Positions 13,687-26,279 of a stretch of 64,000 bases of DNA are shown here, piece by piece (the stretch's first letter is position 1; the number at the start of each line of letters is the position of its first letter). The translations under genes and the position numbers were made by a program. The notes under the pieces were generated by a model. It was not told where the DNA came from. It searched no databases and saw only the letters and a list, made by a program, of their open reading frames with translations. The stretch spans positions 20,522,001-20,586,000 of the forward strand of contig NC_043015.1 in the NCBI RefSeq assembly GCF_006345805.1. The letters run 5' to 3'. Origin of the DNA: Octopus sinensis. Lineage: Eukaryota.

Positions 13687-13866
13687 ATATAATATATATT
13701 ATATATATATATATACACGAATGTATCAACGTGTGTATGTTTGTATCGTTTACAGTGCTTTGGACATTTATTCGGAAATCTTGTTTTCGTTTCAGTCTCA
13801 CCTTTCTACCAAAAACATGAACTCGACCTACTTGCCTTCGTTCTTTATCTCCTTCTCCTGTTCCCC

Positions 13867-13911
<45 letters not shown>

Positions 13912-14218
13912 CATTATTAGATTTTATTATTATTATGATTGTTGTTGTTGTTTACGTATTTTTCGTAAGATTATCTAACTTAGTTAATATTGATCAGATT
14001 GTGGCTGCTATTTACGCAATAATCATTAACCTTAGCCAATTCACCTAGATAGATCGCAGTGATACATAATATTTTTGTGTTCAGTCCACTCTATACACAC
14101 ACTTGCGCATGCACATACAATACATATACATTTACGCACACGCACACACACACATATATATATATATATGTATATATATACACGTATATATGTATGTATC
14201 TATAGTATGCAAATAAAT

Positions 14219-14255
<37 letters not shown>

Positions 14256-14301
14256 GTTATAATGTATACACACAGCGACGCACGCCCACGTTTATGTCTG
14301 A

Positions 14302-14335
<34 letters not shown>

Positions 14336-15277
14336 ATGTGTGTTGTGGTGTGTGTGTGTGCAGATGTACATACATAGTTATATAACTATATATATAATCA
14401 TGCAAATATGTAACTTCACAATAATACATCAACATGCGTATGCCACAATTATATCCACATACAATATATTTATTGATATATTGATACTCACATACACACA
14501 TATTATTTGCAATACGTGTATGCTGTATACACATACTTGCGCGCTCATATATATACATACATGATGTACATAAAAATGTGTGCTCAGCATATATATATAT
14601 ATGTATATATTCTGTACAAACTCACACACACACACACGCGCACACACACAAACTCATACATATATATCATACCGACATTAAATTCGTTTACTTTTTTTTA
14701 CATTCTGCTCTTACAAAAATTATTTATTTCCGTGTTTATTGTATCGATAACGATATCTTAAACTCTAATGTTTCCACATAAATAAATACATTTCCCGTTT
14801 ATCGTTAGATTTTTTTTTGTCGTCTCTCTTTGCGCTGGACAAAATTGTTTCTCCTTTATCACCATTCAATACAATTCTTTTGAGAACGATTTTATTCTTT
14901 CTCTGTCAAATAATTCCTCCTTTCTAGTCCTCTGGAATAGCAGAGTTTTTAGAGCGTCGTACAAAGAGCCTTGCGGTATTCATGTAAAACCTCTTAACGA
15001 TAAGAGTTCAAATCAAACTGAATTCAACTTTATTCTCTAAATTTCTTTGTGCCTATATAAGAAATATATATTTAATTCCTCTTATGGTCCCGAATATTGG
15101 AACTCTGAAAGCATCAAACAAAATGGCTTGTGTTAAACTGTTACGGTCCTTTTTCATTTCAACATCACTTTGCGTCCTTCAGAGTACGATAAATAAAGTA
15201 CTAGCTGTGCACTGGAATCAATAGAACCCACTGCTGCTTAGAAATCTGGCAAATTGCATTTGCACCTATGGAATTTC

Positions 15278-15313
<36 letters not shown>

Positions 15314-15708
15314 CTCTATATATATATAATATATATATATAATATATATATATATAACTGTAAGAACTTACTGTGGACAAGGGTACGTGGTGTTCGATTA
15401 TAAATTTATAAAAAATACACATTAAGTACAAGATATCACCAACGAGCGAAAAACACGTAAGCACACGGGAGATGAGTAAAGAACAAAATACCAAAAAGAG
15501 TCTACTTCCTCCTCAGTTATCGATTGTTTATTACTCTCAATTTCCAGTTTTCAAGAATTAGATTAGAAAATTCATAAGACAGCAGCATCAAGAAATTTTA
15601 AAAAATATAAATTTTGTGGAGAATTAAGGCTTCGAACGAACAAAAAGCAACAGAATGGACGTACAAAGTAAACAATCGACGGTCCCGGACTTAATGTGTG
15701 TATATATA

Positions 15709-15885
15709 CTTTATTTAAAGCAGCAGAAAATTCAACAAAATCTGTTACTCTGAGTTTCCCGTTGCAACTCAGAGTAACAGGTTTTGTTGAATTTTCTGCT
15801 GCTTTAAATAAAGCATATTACTCTACCACTGGTATTTGAGTACTCTTTTTTCCACTTTGTTTCACATTTATGTGTTTACTCCGGT
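15709..15885. mobile_element. Hairpin-plus-tail element (48-bp stem), same family as 44259-44500
   Basis: 15709-15756 pairs with 15766-15813 with one G-U; tail GCATATTACTCTACC...GAGTACT is shared with 44449-44480. Confidence 0.85.
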
Positions 15886-15892
15886 ATATATA

Positions 15893-15923
<31 letters not shown>

Positions 15924-15991
15924 AGATATAGATATATCCTTAGGTAGGTTCATAGGAATTATATAGAAGTGAAAATTGTAAATATGGCTTT

Positions 15992-16129
15992 TATCTTTTA
16001 TTTGTCTCAGTCATTGGCCTGCGGCCATACTGGGGCAACGCCTTGACAGACATTTTAAAGTATAATGAATCGATCACAGTACTAATAATTTTTTCAAGCC
16101 TGAAACACAGACACATGCAACATATGCGT

Positions 16130-16199
<70 letters not shown>

Positions 16200-16370
16200 T
16201 ATATACATACACACACGACGGGTTTCCTTCAGTCTCCGTCTACCAAATCAACTCAAAAGGATTTAGTCTCTCCGGGTCACTACTAGAAGACACTTTCACA
16301 ATATACCATACAGTTAGACTGAACCTGGAAACATGCGGTTGGGAAACACAATGTTTTACTACACAACCAG
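15992..16370 (-). mobile_element. SINE family A with internal (CA)n(TA)n
   Basis: Reverse tail GCGGCCATACTGGGGCAACGCC; reverse core GACGGGTTTCCTTCAGTCTCCGTCTACCAAATC...AGAAGACACTT. Confidence 0.8.
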
Positions 16371-16847
16371 TCCTCTGTTGTGTATATATACATATATATA
16401 TATATATAATATTATATATATATATATATTTTATTTATTTGTGGTGTTGTGTGTGTATTTATACATTGTATCACTATATTTGTATATAGTGACACGCATG
16501 CACACAAATGCACGAGTATCATGTGAGCATCTGTCTATTCTAGCGAATACGTGACCAAAGTTTTTGTAAGATCCCTGCTGTGTGGCCGCTAATCCATGGC
16601 TTATATTCACGACGTGTTTATTGTCGAACATTGTCTAAATTTAATCCTATTGACAAAGAAAGATTTCCGATGCACAAACTTCGTCGTAAGTATGTAGGTG
16701 GGTAGGCATATATGAGTATATTTATTTTATCTATCTATGCATCTATCTGTCTGTCTGTTTGTCTGTTCATGTTTCTCCCCCCCTCTCTCTCTCGCTCACA
16801 CACACACACACACATGTATATATATGTATATATAAATAGGCGTAGAC

Positions 16848-17002
16848 ATAACTGCGTAGCAAGAAGTTTACTTCTCAGCCATAGGCTTCCGGGTTCATTC
16901 CCACTGCAAGACATCTTGGACGAGTGTCTCTACTATACTCTCAGGCTAACAGAAGACCTGTGATTGTATATAATAGACGGAAACTGAAAGAAGCACAACG
17001 TA
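16848..17002 (+). mobile_element. SINE family A head/core
   Basis: GGGTTCATTCCCACTGCAAGACATCTTGGACGAGTGTCTCTACTATA...AGACGGAAACTGAAAGAAGC. Confidence 0.75.
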
Positions 17003-17114
17003 TAAATGTATATATATATTGCATTGCAATAAAAAAAAATTATGTATTAAGAATTTGGGTACTTTACACCCCTAAACCCCTATCTTACTTGTACTATATA
17101 ATATATAGGTATAT

Positions 17115-17186
<72 letters not shown>

Positions 17187-17193
17187 CAAAATA

Positions 17194-17253
17194 AGCAACA
17201 AGAATATCCAGAATATCCAGAAGCGCAAGGATGCCTCTGGATATCCTGTTGCT
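17194..17253. repeat. Short hairpin at the start of a ~180-bp insert within (TA)n
   Basis: AGCAACAAGAATATCCAGA pairs with TCTGGATATCCTGTTGCT. Confidence 0.65.
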
Positions 17254-18108
17254 AATTGGATTTTAATCACCTTATTTTGAAATTGTATGGATAATACCGT
17301 ACTAGATTCTGGTGCCTCAACTAAAGTACCATATTCCTCTGAATCTAAACTTTTACTGAACTCATCTACTATATATATATATATTATATATATCTTATAT
17401 ATATATGTTAATAAAATAGAATATATGCATATATATTATAAAACATATATGTACGTACCTACCTCTACATGTACATATAACGCATATATGTGTACAGGAC
17501 ACCAAAAAGAACGTCGAACACAGAGAGACGACGAAACACATAGACACAAACCAAGGAACAAGACAGCAAAAAAAAGGAGAGATACAGGAAATAAGCACAA
17601 CGAAAAATCCCCTCTTCAGTCGCTAAGATTTCATCTACTAAACGTTTCGAAGGATAAAAGCGAGACGTATACTTCGAAGAAAAATTCCTTCCCGCGAAAA
17701 GCAAATCAGTTAAAATTCTGAGATTTTTTCGCAGAGGGGTAAAAAAAAAGCAAGACGGTAACGACAGTACAAACATATAAACAGTAAAAAATATATATAT
17801 AAACAGTGGAAAAATAAATATATAACAGGGGAGACAGGACAAGGGAAACAAGATAAGAAGGGCTGTTAACGCCAGACGAAAAAAGTATTGCAAACGCTGG
17901 ATTATCGTGGAAGACGAGAGAGGGAAAATTTGTCGACCAGAAGCCTTACAAGGCGGCGAGAAAAGACGAGAAAAGCATAGCAGTTACGACGGAAGTATCG
18001 TCGCAGATGGATGACGGGAATGGGGGAGAGGAGCAAGAGGAAGAGAGAGAAGAAGGGGAATGGTGCATATGTAAGTATGTATGTATGTATATAAAATAAC
18101 AGAAAAGT

Positions 18109-18305
18109 AATGTTGAACGCGGTAAATTATAAAACTGGAAAATATTGTCAGAAAACGGCTACAGGCGTGGAACCTGATTTCAGCCGCTATCTGAGGGGTA
18201 CAGGTTCGACTCCTGTATCAGTCTTCTGGCAACATTTCCCCGTCTTATAAGGACAAATACCCAATATTTTTCTGCTGTGCTTAGAATTTTACCGCGTTCA
18301 ACATT
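18109..18305. mobile_element. Palindromic MITE-like element with a tRNA T-arm/B-box-like motif in each arm
   Basis: Ends AATGTTGAACGCGGTAAA / TTTACCGCGTTCAACATT; inner pair TACAGGCGTGGAACCTG / CAGGTTCGACTCCTGTA. Confidence 0.8.
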
Positions 18306-19111
18306 TGCTTGCTTGTCTGTAATACACACACATATATGTATGTATGTACAGATAAAAACTCATAAATATATATACACATTTATATATTTGTAATATGTAT
18401 GTATATATATATATATACATATATTTATATATGTATATATACATACACGTGCACATATATGTAGTTAAGTTTATACTAATAATGTAACGAAAACGAAAGA
18501 ATTTTCATTAGAAAAAAACTTATAATATATTATACACAATTCGGAAAAAAAAAAGGAAATTTGTTTTGTATGAAATAAAGGAAAAATTTTAGAAAGACGC
18601 AAAAGAATTTCGGGCGCCATATAGATTGTAACGGAAATATAAACTGCTGTATCTGGAAAGTAATATTGAAATTTTAGAAAATATACAAACTGAAGAACCG
18701 CTGTCGACAGAGAATAAAAACGGCGAGCATTTGAAAAAGAAAGGAAAAAATCTGTAAAAGAGAAACGATAGGGAATGGTATCGAGAAGTACACACATACA
18801 TACACACATACACACTCACGCACACACGTGGACTTTCGTACGTATACAGGTTTTTGTGTTCGTGTATATATACGTAAATAAGAATGAGTGCTCCAAACCG
18901 CATTTGTGGATAAATATTCCTGATTTGTGTATGAAGACTACCATTGGTTTCATGTTAAGAAAAAAGCTCAACAATTTTTTCAAGTGGATCACATAGAGAA
19001 ATAGGAGTTCGTCCCCATTTTGGATACACACACCCACACACACACACATATATTATTATTATTTCTAAATCTCTCTAAGTGAGACTACAGCAACAGCACT
19101 GTGTATTAATA

Positions 19112-19674
19112 GTTATCGCCAAGTTAACATGGTAGTCCAGAAAAATAGGACGAATGCTGCCGTTGATTAGCTCCAAGAGGCCATCGCCTCTAGACAGCTA
19201 TGTGACACACAAATCTGTGTCCATTACTATCTTCGAACAGAGAAGGTCATCAACTTCCCCTAGCTGATTCAACATCCACAGACTAGTTTCGGGGTATTTG
19301 CCCGTTATGAATTTGTTGTAGCCGAACACAGCAGGCGTCGCTGTTGGGTGTCTGTTCGAAGGTTTATTTGAATATATCCAGTGGAACACATTCTCTGGTT
19401 TTCAAATAGAAAAATTACTATTTATAAATCTCACTAAAGGAGACTTCTAACAGACAGTCAACAGCGACGCCTGCTGGTTTCAGCTACTCAACATTGATAA
19501 GGAGAAAATATTCCGAAACTTTTCTGTGGTTGTTGAACCAGCAAGGGGAAGCTGACGACCTCCCCTGTTCGAAGGTTGTGATGGAAAGCTAGCTAGAGGC
19601 GATGGCTTCTTGGAGCTAATCAACGGCAGCATTCGTCCTATTTTTCTGCACTGTCATGTTAGCTTGGCGGTAAC
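19112..19674. mobile_element. ~560-bp fold-back element with ~250-bp arms, each with a decayed hammerhead motif
   Basis: AGAAAAATAGGACGAATGCTGCCGTTGATTAGCTCCAAGA is mirrored exactly at ~19608-19647; complementarity continues inward to ~19360/19445. Confidence 0.9.
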
Positions 19675-19934
19675 AATGAATATATATATATATGTACATT
19701 ATATACATATATGCTTTTGTATATATTTATTTCACTGTATCCGTCTATCTATCTATGAAGTTTTAGAAAAAATGCTTGGTACAGTCATAATATGTGAAGG
19801 AAGACTTTCATAAATTTAAAAGCACGTAAGGTGCTTAAGAAATGCTAAGAGATATCACGTGATGTTTGTGTCATTCTTTATAAGATTCGTTATCGTCGTC
19901 GTCCCCCCTCTCCCTCCTCTCCCTCCTCCTCATC

Positions 19935-20098
19935 CTCATCATCATCATTTAACGTCCGTTTTCCATACTCGGACGGTTTGACAGAAGCTGGTAAGCCGAA
20001 GGGCAGCACCGGGCTCCAGTCACCTGTTTTGGCACGGTTTCTACGGTGGGATGCCTTTCCAAACGCCAACCATTTCATAGAGTGTACCTGGTGCTGCT
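19935..20098 (-). mobile_element. RTE-related SINE/LINE 3' portion
   Basis: Minus strand TGGTTGGCGTTTGGAAAGGCATCCCACCGTAGAAACC...GGAAAACGGACGTTAAA(TGA)n, an RTE-type tail. Confidence 0.7.
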
Positions 20099-20171
20099 TA
20101 TAAATTTGATAATTTTGAATTCTTTCATACATACATATATATGAATATATAAAAATATATGTATGTGTGTG

Positions 20172-20204
<33 letters not shown>

Positions 20205-20486
20205 CGTGCGCGTGTATGTGTGTGTGTATGTAAGTGGGTGCGTTTTAATGATATAATGTCTTTCCAGCAAGTGTCCTTACATGACCGCAGTCCAATGATT
20301 CAAACACCCAGATGAAATAATAACATATACCCACAGATATATTGTGACTGCGGTAAATGATTCTTGTAGCATACCAGTTGCCCTTGCGGCAAATATTAAA
20401 ATATTGTTCCTGTTACTATCAATATATCATATCGTTACTTCTGCAACTGCCCTTAGTAATAGTTATTATAATTGTATAATGAAACA

Positions 20487-20503
20487 TTCTTCTTCTTCTT
20501 CTT

Positions 20504-20592
<89 letters not shown>

Positions 20593-20645
20593 CATTATTA
20601 TTATTATTATTATTATCATTATTATTATTATTAACATTATTATTA
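20487..20645. repeat. Compound microsatellite (TTC)n-(TTA)n
   Basis: Direct inspection. Confidence 0.95.
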
Positions 20646-21234
20646 CCATTCTTCTAGTAATTATTATTATAATGTAATGTCTTAACGGTTTAATTTCTGG
20701 TAACGGAAAGCTGTCCGCAAGCGTCTGACAACTTCAGATCTGTATTGGAAATGGTTGACAGTTCATTGTAGAGAGAACTGTTGATTCCAGCAACAGACTA
20801 CGCATGACTTAATTGAATTGCTTTGATTTCTGCAGAGTTATTTATGTTGCGTTCGCCTTATTAAGTGAATTCAATTGATAATTCTTGGCTTAAATTTTCT
20901 CGTAACTATAGAAATTTCGTTTTCCATTTTCAACTGTATGCATTCCCTAGTGACGAGTTTTATAGTTAAGTGCACACGTGGGTGTGCATGTGTATCGGCG
21001 CACGTGCGACTGTGTCTGTGTATGTCTGTATATCACTGGTTATAGGTCTGCTTGTGTGTGTTCTTATGAATGTGAATGTTATAAGGAGATTGTGAACCAG
21101 TGTATGAACGTTTAGAGGCAATATATGTATCTGTGTGTATATATTGATATTTCAAGTGCATTCTCGCACTGATAAAAGCATGTGTGTATGTATGCATGTA
21201 TGTATGAATGTATATATGTATGTATTTAGCTATG

Positions 21235-21321
<87 letters not shown>

Positions 21322-21857
21322 TTATCTACCTATGCATGTGTGTGTATGTATCTATCCATCTATCTGTGTCTGTCTGTCTGTCTATCTATCTATAAACATG
21401 TATGTTTGTATGTATGTATGTATGTATGTATGTATGTATGTATGTATGTATGTATATATCAATCTATCAATCTATCTATTTATCTATCTCTCATATCTAT
21501 ATCTTAATCTACCTATCTGTCTCTCCATTTGTCTGTCTCTCTGTCTCGCTGCATAGATGTCTATATTTATGTAGATATGTATAAGCGTGTTTAGGTGTGT
21601 ACGTATGTGTAAGCGTGATTAGGTGTGTGTATATGTGTATTGCATATTTGTATGTTTTTAAATATGTTTTTTTAAACGTAAAATTTCTACATGTATACAA
21701 TGCGTGCACGCACACTGACGCTCAGCCCCCCTCCTATCTATCTAATGTGTTTCTATATATTTCAAGGCATGAGCACAAATCGTTAATCGATAGATGAGTC
21801 AGTATATATATTACTGTTAAATCATGTATGATTATTACTTTCATATTACACACACAC

Positions 21858-21903
<46 letters not shown>

Positions 21904-22049
21904 TGGTGTGTGTGTGTGTGTGTGTGTGTGTCTGTGTGTGTGCGTGTGTGTATGTGTGCATATCTATATATAAACATGTTCTCCTTTGAAGTATATTTAA
22001 AGTTCTTTGCAGAAATCACGGCAATCATTCATAAAACGCATTTTTTTTA

Positions 22050-22530
22050 ATGGGAAAAGGCACTTCCATGGATTTGTGATTGAGTACGTAAGGTATTGAG
22101 TGCATATCTGTAGCTTCTTGTGTGGATATCATTGCAGTGATGTAAAATGGGAGTATATTTTCGTTGGGTGCCCGAATATGTGTGTACTTTCATTCATTTC
22201 TTTTCGTTCACAAGGTATCTGTGCAATAATATCAATCCTACCTGTTCTTATTAATTTCGTGCTTGCTTTCACGATACCTGTAACCCCAGATTTTTGATAA
22301 TGTTTTCTGCTGGGGAAAGCAGTTTATATCTTCTCCGTCCGTGGAGCTTCTTGGCGTAATTTCTTCGCACAGAAATGCGAATTTCTGAGATATTTAACAA
22401 TCTAAGAGCTTTTCGTCCCTTTCGTAGGACATATTCAGGGGGTTTTTGCGAACCTTTTTCTTTTTCTAGATTTGGGAAAAGATCTTGATTTTATTAAAAA
22501 TTTCACTGTAATTGCATGGATGTGAGTGTA
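22050..22530 (-). pseudogene. Possible highly decayed Penelope-like RT C-terminal region
   Basis: Only scattered peptides (RKHYQKSGVTGIVKA; IPYVLNH) loosely resemble PLE QxYP..LI..GI.KA and LPYV.TH motifs; many stops. Confidence 0.25.
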
Positions 22531-22556
22531 TATATGCACATAGGAACGATTAATTA

Positions 22557-23030
22557 ATGCGTGTATGTATGTATGTATGTATGTATGTATGTATGTATGT
22601 ATGTATGCATGTATGTATGTATGTATGTATGTATGTATGTATGTATGTATGTATGTATGTATGTATGTATGTATGCGTGTGTGTGTATGTATGTATGTAT
22701 AAATGTATGTATGTAAATGTGTGTATGTATGTATCTGTGTGTATGTATGTATGTATGCATGCGTGTATGTGTATGTATGAATGCGCGTGTGTATATGTAT
22801 GTATGTGTGTGTATGTGCGTACGTATGTATGCATGTATGTATGGATGCATGCATATATGTATGTATTCGTATATATATAAATGTATGTAAGCGTAATCGT
22901 ATGCATGTATGTATGTGTGTATGTATGCAACTATACGTATATCTGTATGTATGTATTTATGTAAGTATACGTATGTGTATGTATGTAAGTATACGTATAT
23001 GTATGTGTGTATGTATCTGCGTATGTACGT
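22557..23030. repeat. (TATG)n microsatellite, degenerating 3'
   Basis: Direct inspection. Confidence 0.95.
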
Positions 23031-23889
23031 GTGCATCTACTATTCATTGAAGAATGTTACTATCGATTCGCATAAAGGCATATTTCAATTCCTGTGCTTT
23101 TGATGCGTACACAGACAAAAATAAAATTATACATACACACACACATTTATAGATACAAAGATACATACATACATACACACGCATATACATGTCTACGTAT
23201 AAACACCTACACATACATATACTTATATTCATACACCCATTACAGCCAAACATACAAAACATTTTTTGTATCTTATTTAATGTGGATGTACTGTAAGAAT
23301 ACCGTAATGCTGCGGTGTTCCTCGAGAGAGAAGAATCCCACTCACACACACACAGACACACATGAAATGAAGTAACTGCGAAGGTAGTCTGACATACTCT
23401 TGTGTCATTCGTTATTTCAGTATCAGATGTTTTGAAAAGGGTTTTTTTTCTTTTTTTGGTATTTGGAGTGCGTTGTTGGGATTTGATGTGGAGAGACGGT
23501 ATGACGATGTCTGACGTAATATTAGCTTTAGAAAGTCTATATACCCATCGATTGTACAAAGAATAACAGACAATCGAATTATTCATAACTATTACAATAC
23601 AAAATTATTTCGTCTCATAGAAACAATGACTTACTTTCCAAGCGCCACCGTACCACACTGGATCTGTTGCGTTATCTTTTTTAAATTGCAGCTCATTTTA
23701 AGAACGAATTAAAATGATTTGGCACGGAGTTAAAACTGCTTACACCAAGGCATTTTACCTGTGCACATCACCTTTGTAGATATATGCTTACATTTCTCGA
23801 TTTCAGAAATATTTACGCCACAACAATAAACCTATGTTACCAGAATGAAACGTATATATATGAGTAAATATTCAATATATATATATATA

Positions 23890-23926
<37 letters not shown>

Positions 23927-24229
23927 TGTATATATGTGCATATATAGATATATACAAATATATATATATATATTATCTTATATGTATATATATATATGTT
24001 TGTATATATGTATGTATATATATATATATGTGTGTGTGTATATATATAAATATATATATATATATATAAAATAATTATTGGTGATTTCAATTATCCGCAC
24101 CAACGCACGGTTGCAACACCATATGGTTGTACCTCCAACCGTACTGTCTTCTGCTGTGATTTTTGCTACCAAGGTATCGGTTAAATTTTTGATTAATCTG
24201 CTACAAGATTATTCATCTTTCTATTTCAC

Positions 24230-24272
<43 letters not shown>

Positions 24273-25132
24273 AAGAGAGAATGTATGTGTATTTGTTTGT
24301 GTGCATGTACGTATGTGCAATATATGGCGCTACAATTTTGCATACATGCATCAATAAACGCGTATACATATATTCTAAAAGGCATGCATGTTTAAATCCA
24401 TCCGTACGTCTACCAATGCATACATCCATATGAAAGTGGAGATAAAGAAACGGGGAAACATCGAAACGATGTAATGTTTGGTTACGTTTGCTCGTATAAA
24501 ACTGCTTTACTAATGAATCTTAGTGAAATGAAGTTGGCATGAGTGACGTCTTGAGAGAGAAATTCTATAAACTCCTAAACTTGGGTTCCGACTTCAAACT
24601 GAAGGCTTTCATTTGATTGATGCGGACATAAAATCAATTGATTTCTTTCAAGGAAATAAAACGAGACTTCAAAACCTTTCAGTGCATCGATTTTCTTGGA
24701 AATATTCCATGGAAAGAAAAATGGGAATTAGTAAAGCTAGGAAACAGAGAGAAGGTTATACCGAAAAGGAAGTGAAATTAACTGGCAACAAAACAAGTTT
24801 AAAAGGAAAGTACAAATTGAAAATATAAAAATAAAATAAAGACGAGGAAGAACTTAAAGAAAAAATGGAAAAAAGAAACTTTAGTTAGCTATATTAGAAT
24901 ATGTAATAGTATGACGAAATTGCATGTTAAAGAACTGGACTGATACACACTTAAATAACCTGTACTTTCATGCTTCTGAGTTGCAATGTTCTGCGTTCAA
25001 ATCACAAATGTTTCCACATTGCTGTTTACCCCCGTCAGATAGATGTTACACAAATACATACACTCATACATACAAACACACGCACGCATTTATGCGTATA
25101 TATATATATATATATAATATATATATATCTTC

Positions 25133-25283
25133 GTAGGAGTGGCTGTGTCGTAAGAATCTTGCTTCACAACCACAAGGTTCAAATTTCAGTCCCAAAGCGT
25201 GGCATTTTGGGCAAGTGTCTTCTACTATAGCCGCGGGCCGACCGAAGCCTTGTGAGACGGAAACAGAAAGAAAACCGTCGTGT
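25133..25283 (+). mobile_element. SINE family A head/core
   Basis: GGAGTGGCTGTGTCGTAAG...GTGGCATTTTGGGCAAGTGTCTTCTACTATAGCC...GACGGAAACAGAAAG. Confidence 0.85.
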
Positions 25284-25304
25284 ATGTGTGTGTGTGTGAG
25301 AGAT

Positions 25305-25455
25305 TCGGGTTTCTTTCAGTTTTTGTCAATCAAATCCATTTAGTAGGCTTTGCTCTGCCTGGAGCTAAAGTAATAAACATCCTCCCAAAGTGACACATAG
25401 CAGTGCTGAACCGACAACCAAGAGGTGGTCAGGCAAACTTCTTACCATACAACCA
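25305..25455 (-). mobile_element. SINE family A head/core, inverted relative to the previous copy
   Basis: CGGGTTTCTTTCAGTTTTTGTC...CCCAAAGTGACAC...CTTCTTACCATACAACCAC. Confidence 0.75.
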
Positions 25456-25467
25456 CATACACATTTA

Positions 25468-25503
<36 letters not shown>

Positions 25504-26244
25504 ACACACACATACTCACACACACGCACACACACACACCACACACACACTCACACACACACACACACACACACACCACACACACGGGTTGTTACTAAGT
25601 TATCGGTTTTCTAGGAAACATTAAAACATCTGAGAAGTTTTTGCTCCGCTTTGCCAAGCAACCTCATCGCATGTTGTTTTACACGGCTCTTGATTAAATG
25701 GCATAAAGCACATGTCTACTTCTTTTATCAACTCCAGGATGAAGACATGTAAAATTGAAGTCCGGTCATAGGAAATTGGACTGCAAGTTCCTGGAACTAT
25801 AATCGCAAAGCAAATGCCTGTGTACGTATATACATACATTACATAAATCCATCCATACATACATAATTATAATTAAGGCCGCTGGAATGCCAAAGTGACA
25901 CATACGCTAAAAGTAGATGTAAAATACCTACAATTCATTCTAAATCAATTTTCTATTTATAACCCTAGTTCGGATGCGAGGTAACGGGCAAGAACATTTA
26001 TAAAATTTCGGATAATCCTACATCTTAAGATTTCATGCTCTGCAATAGAAATTATCCTTAATTATAATTTTGATAAGTAATTATATACTTAAAACTTAAT
26101 TTTACCGATACGGTCATTTTCATACGCAACCCAGTTTTTCAACATAAAACGAGATTACTTTCTCAGCGAAGGAAAAACGCGTCAACAACTTAATAGTAAG
26201 CAAGCTACTTATCACACAGCCTCTCCTGCGCCTATATATATATA

Positions 26245-26279
<35 letters not shown>

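Noticed and set aside
17590-17700. Minus-strand GAAACGTT ... CTGAAGA-GGGG, a possible permuted (type II) hammerhead; related sequence at 15500-15600
   Set aside because: Helix I cannot be formed convincingly; probably a decayed repeat end.
18195-18225. Possible tRNA gene (GGTTCGACTCC)
   Set aside because: No acceptor stem, D-arm or anticodon arm; it is part of a palindromic element.
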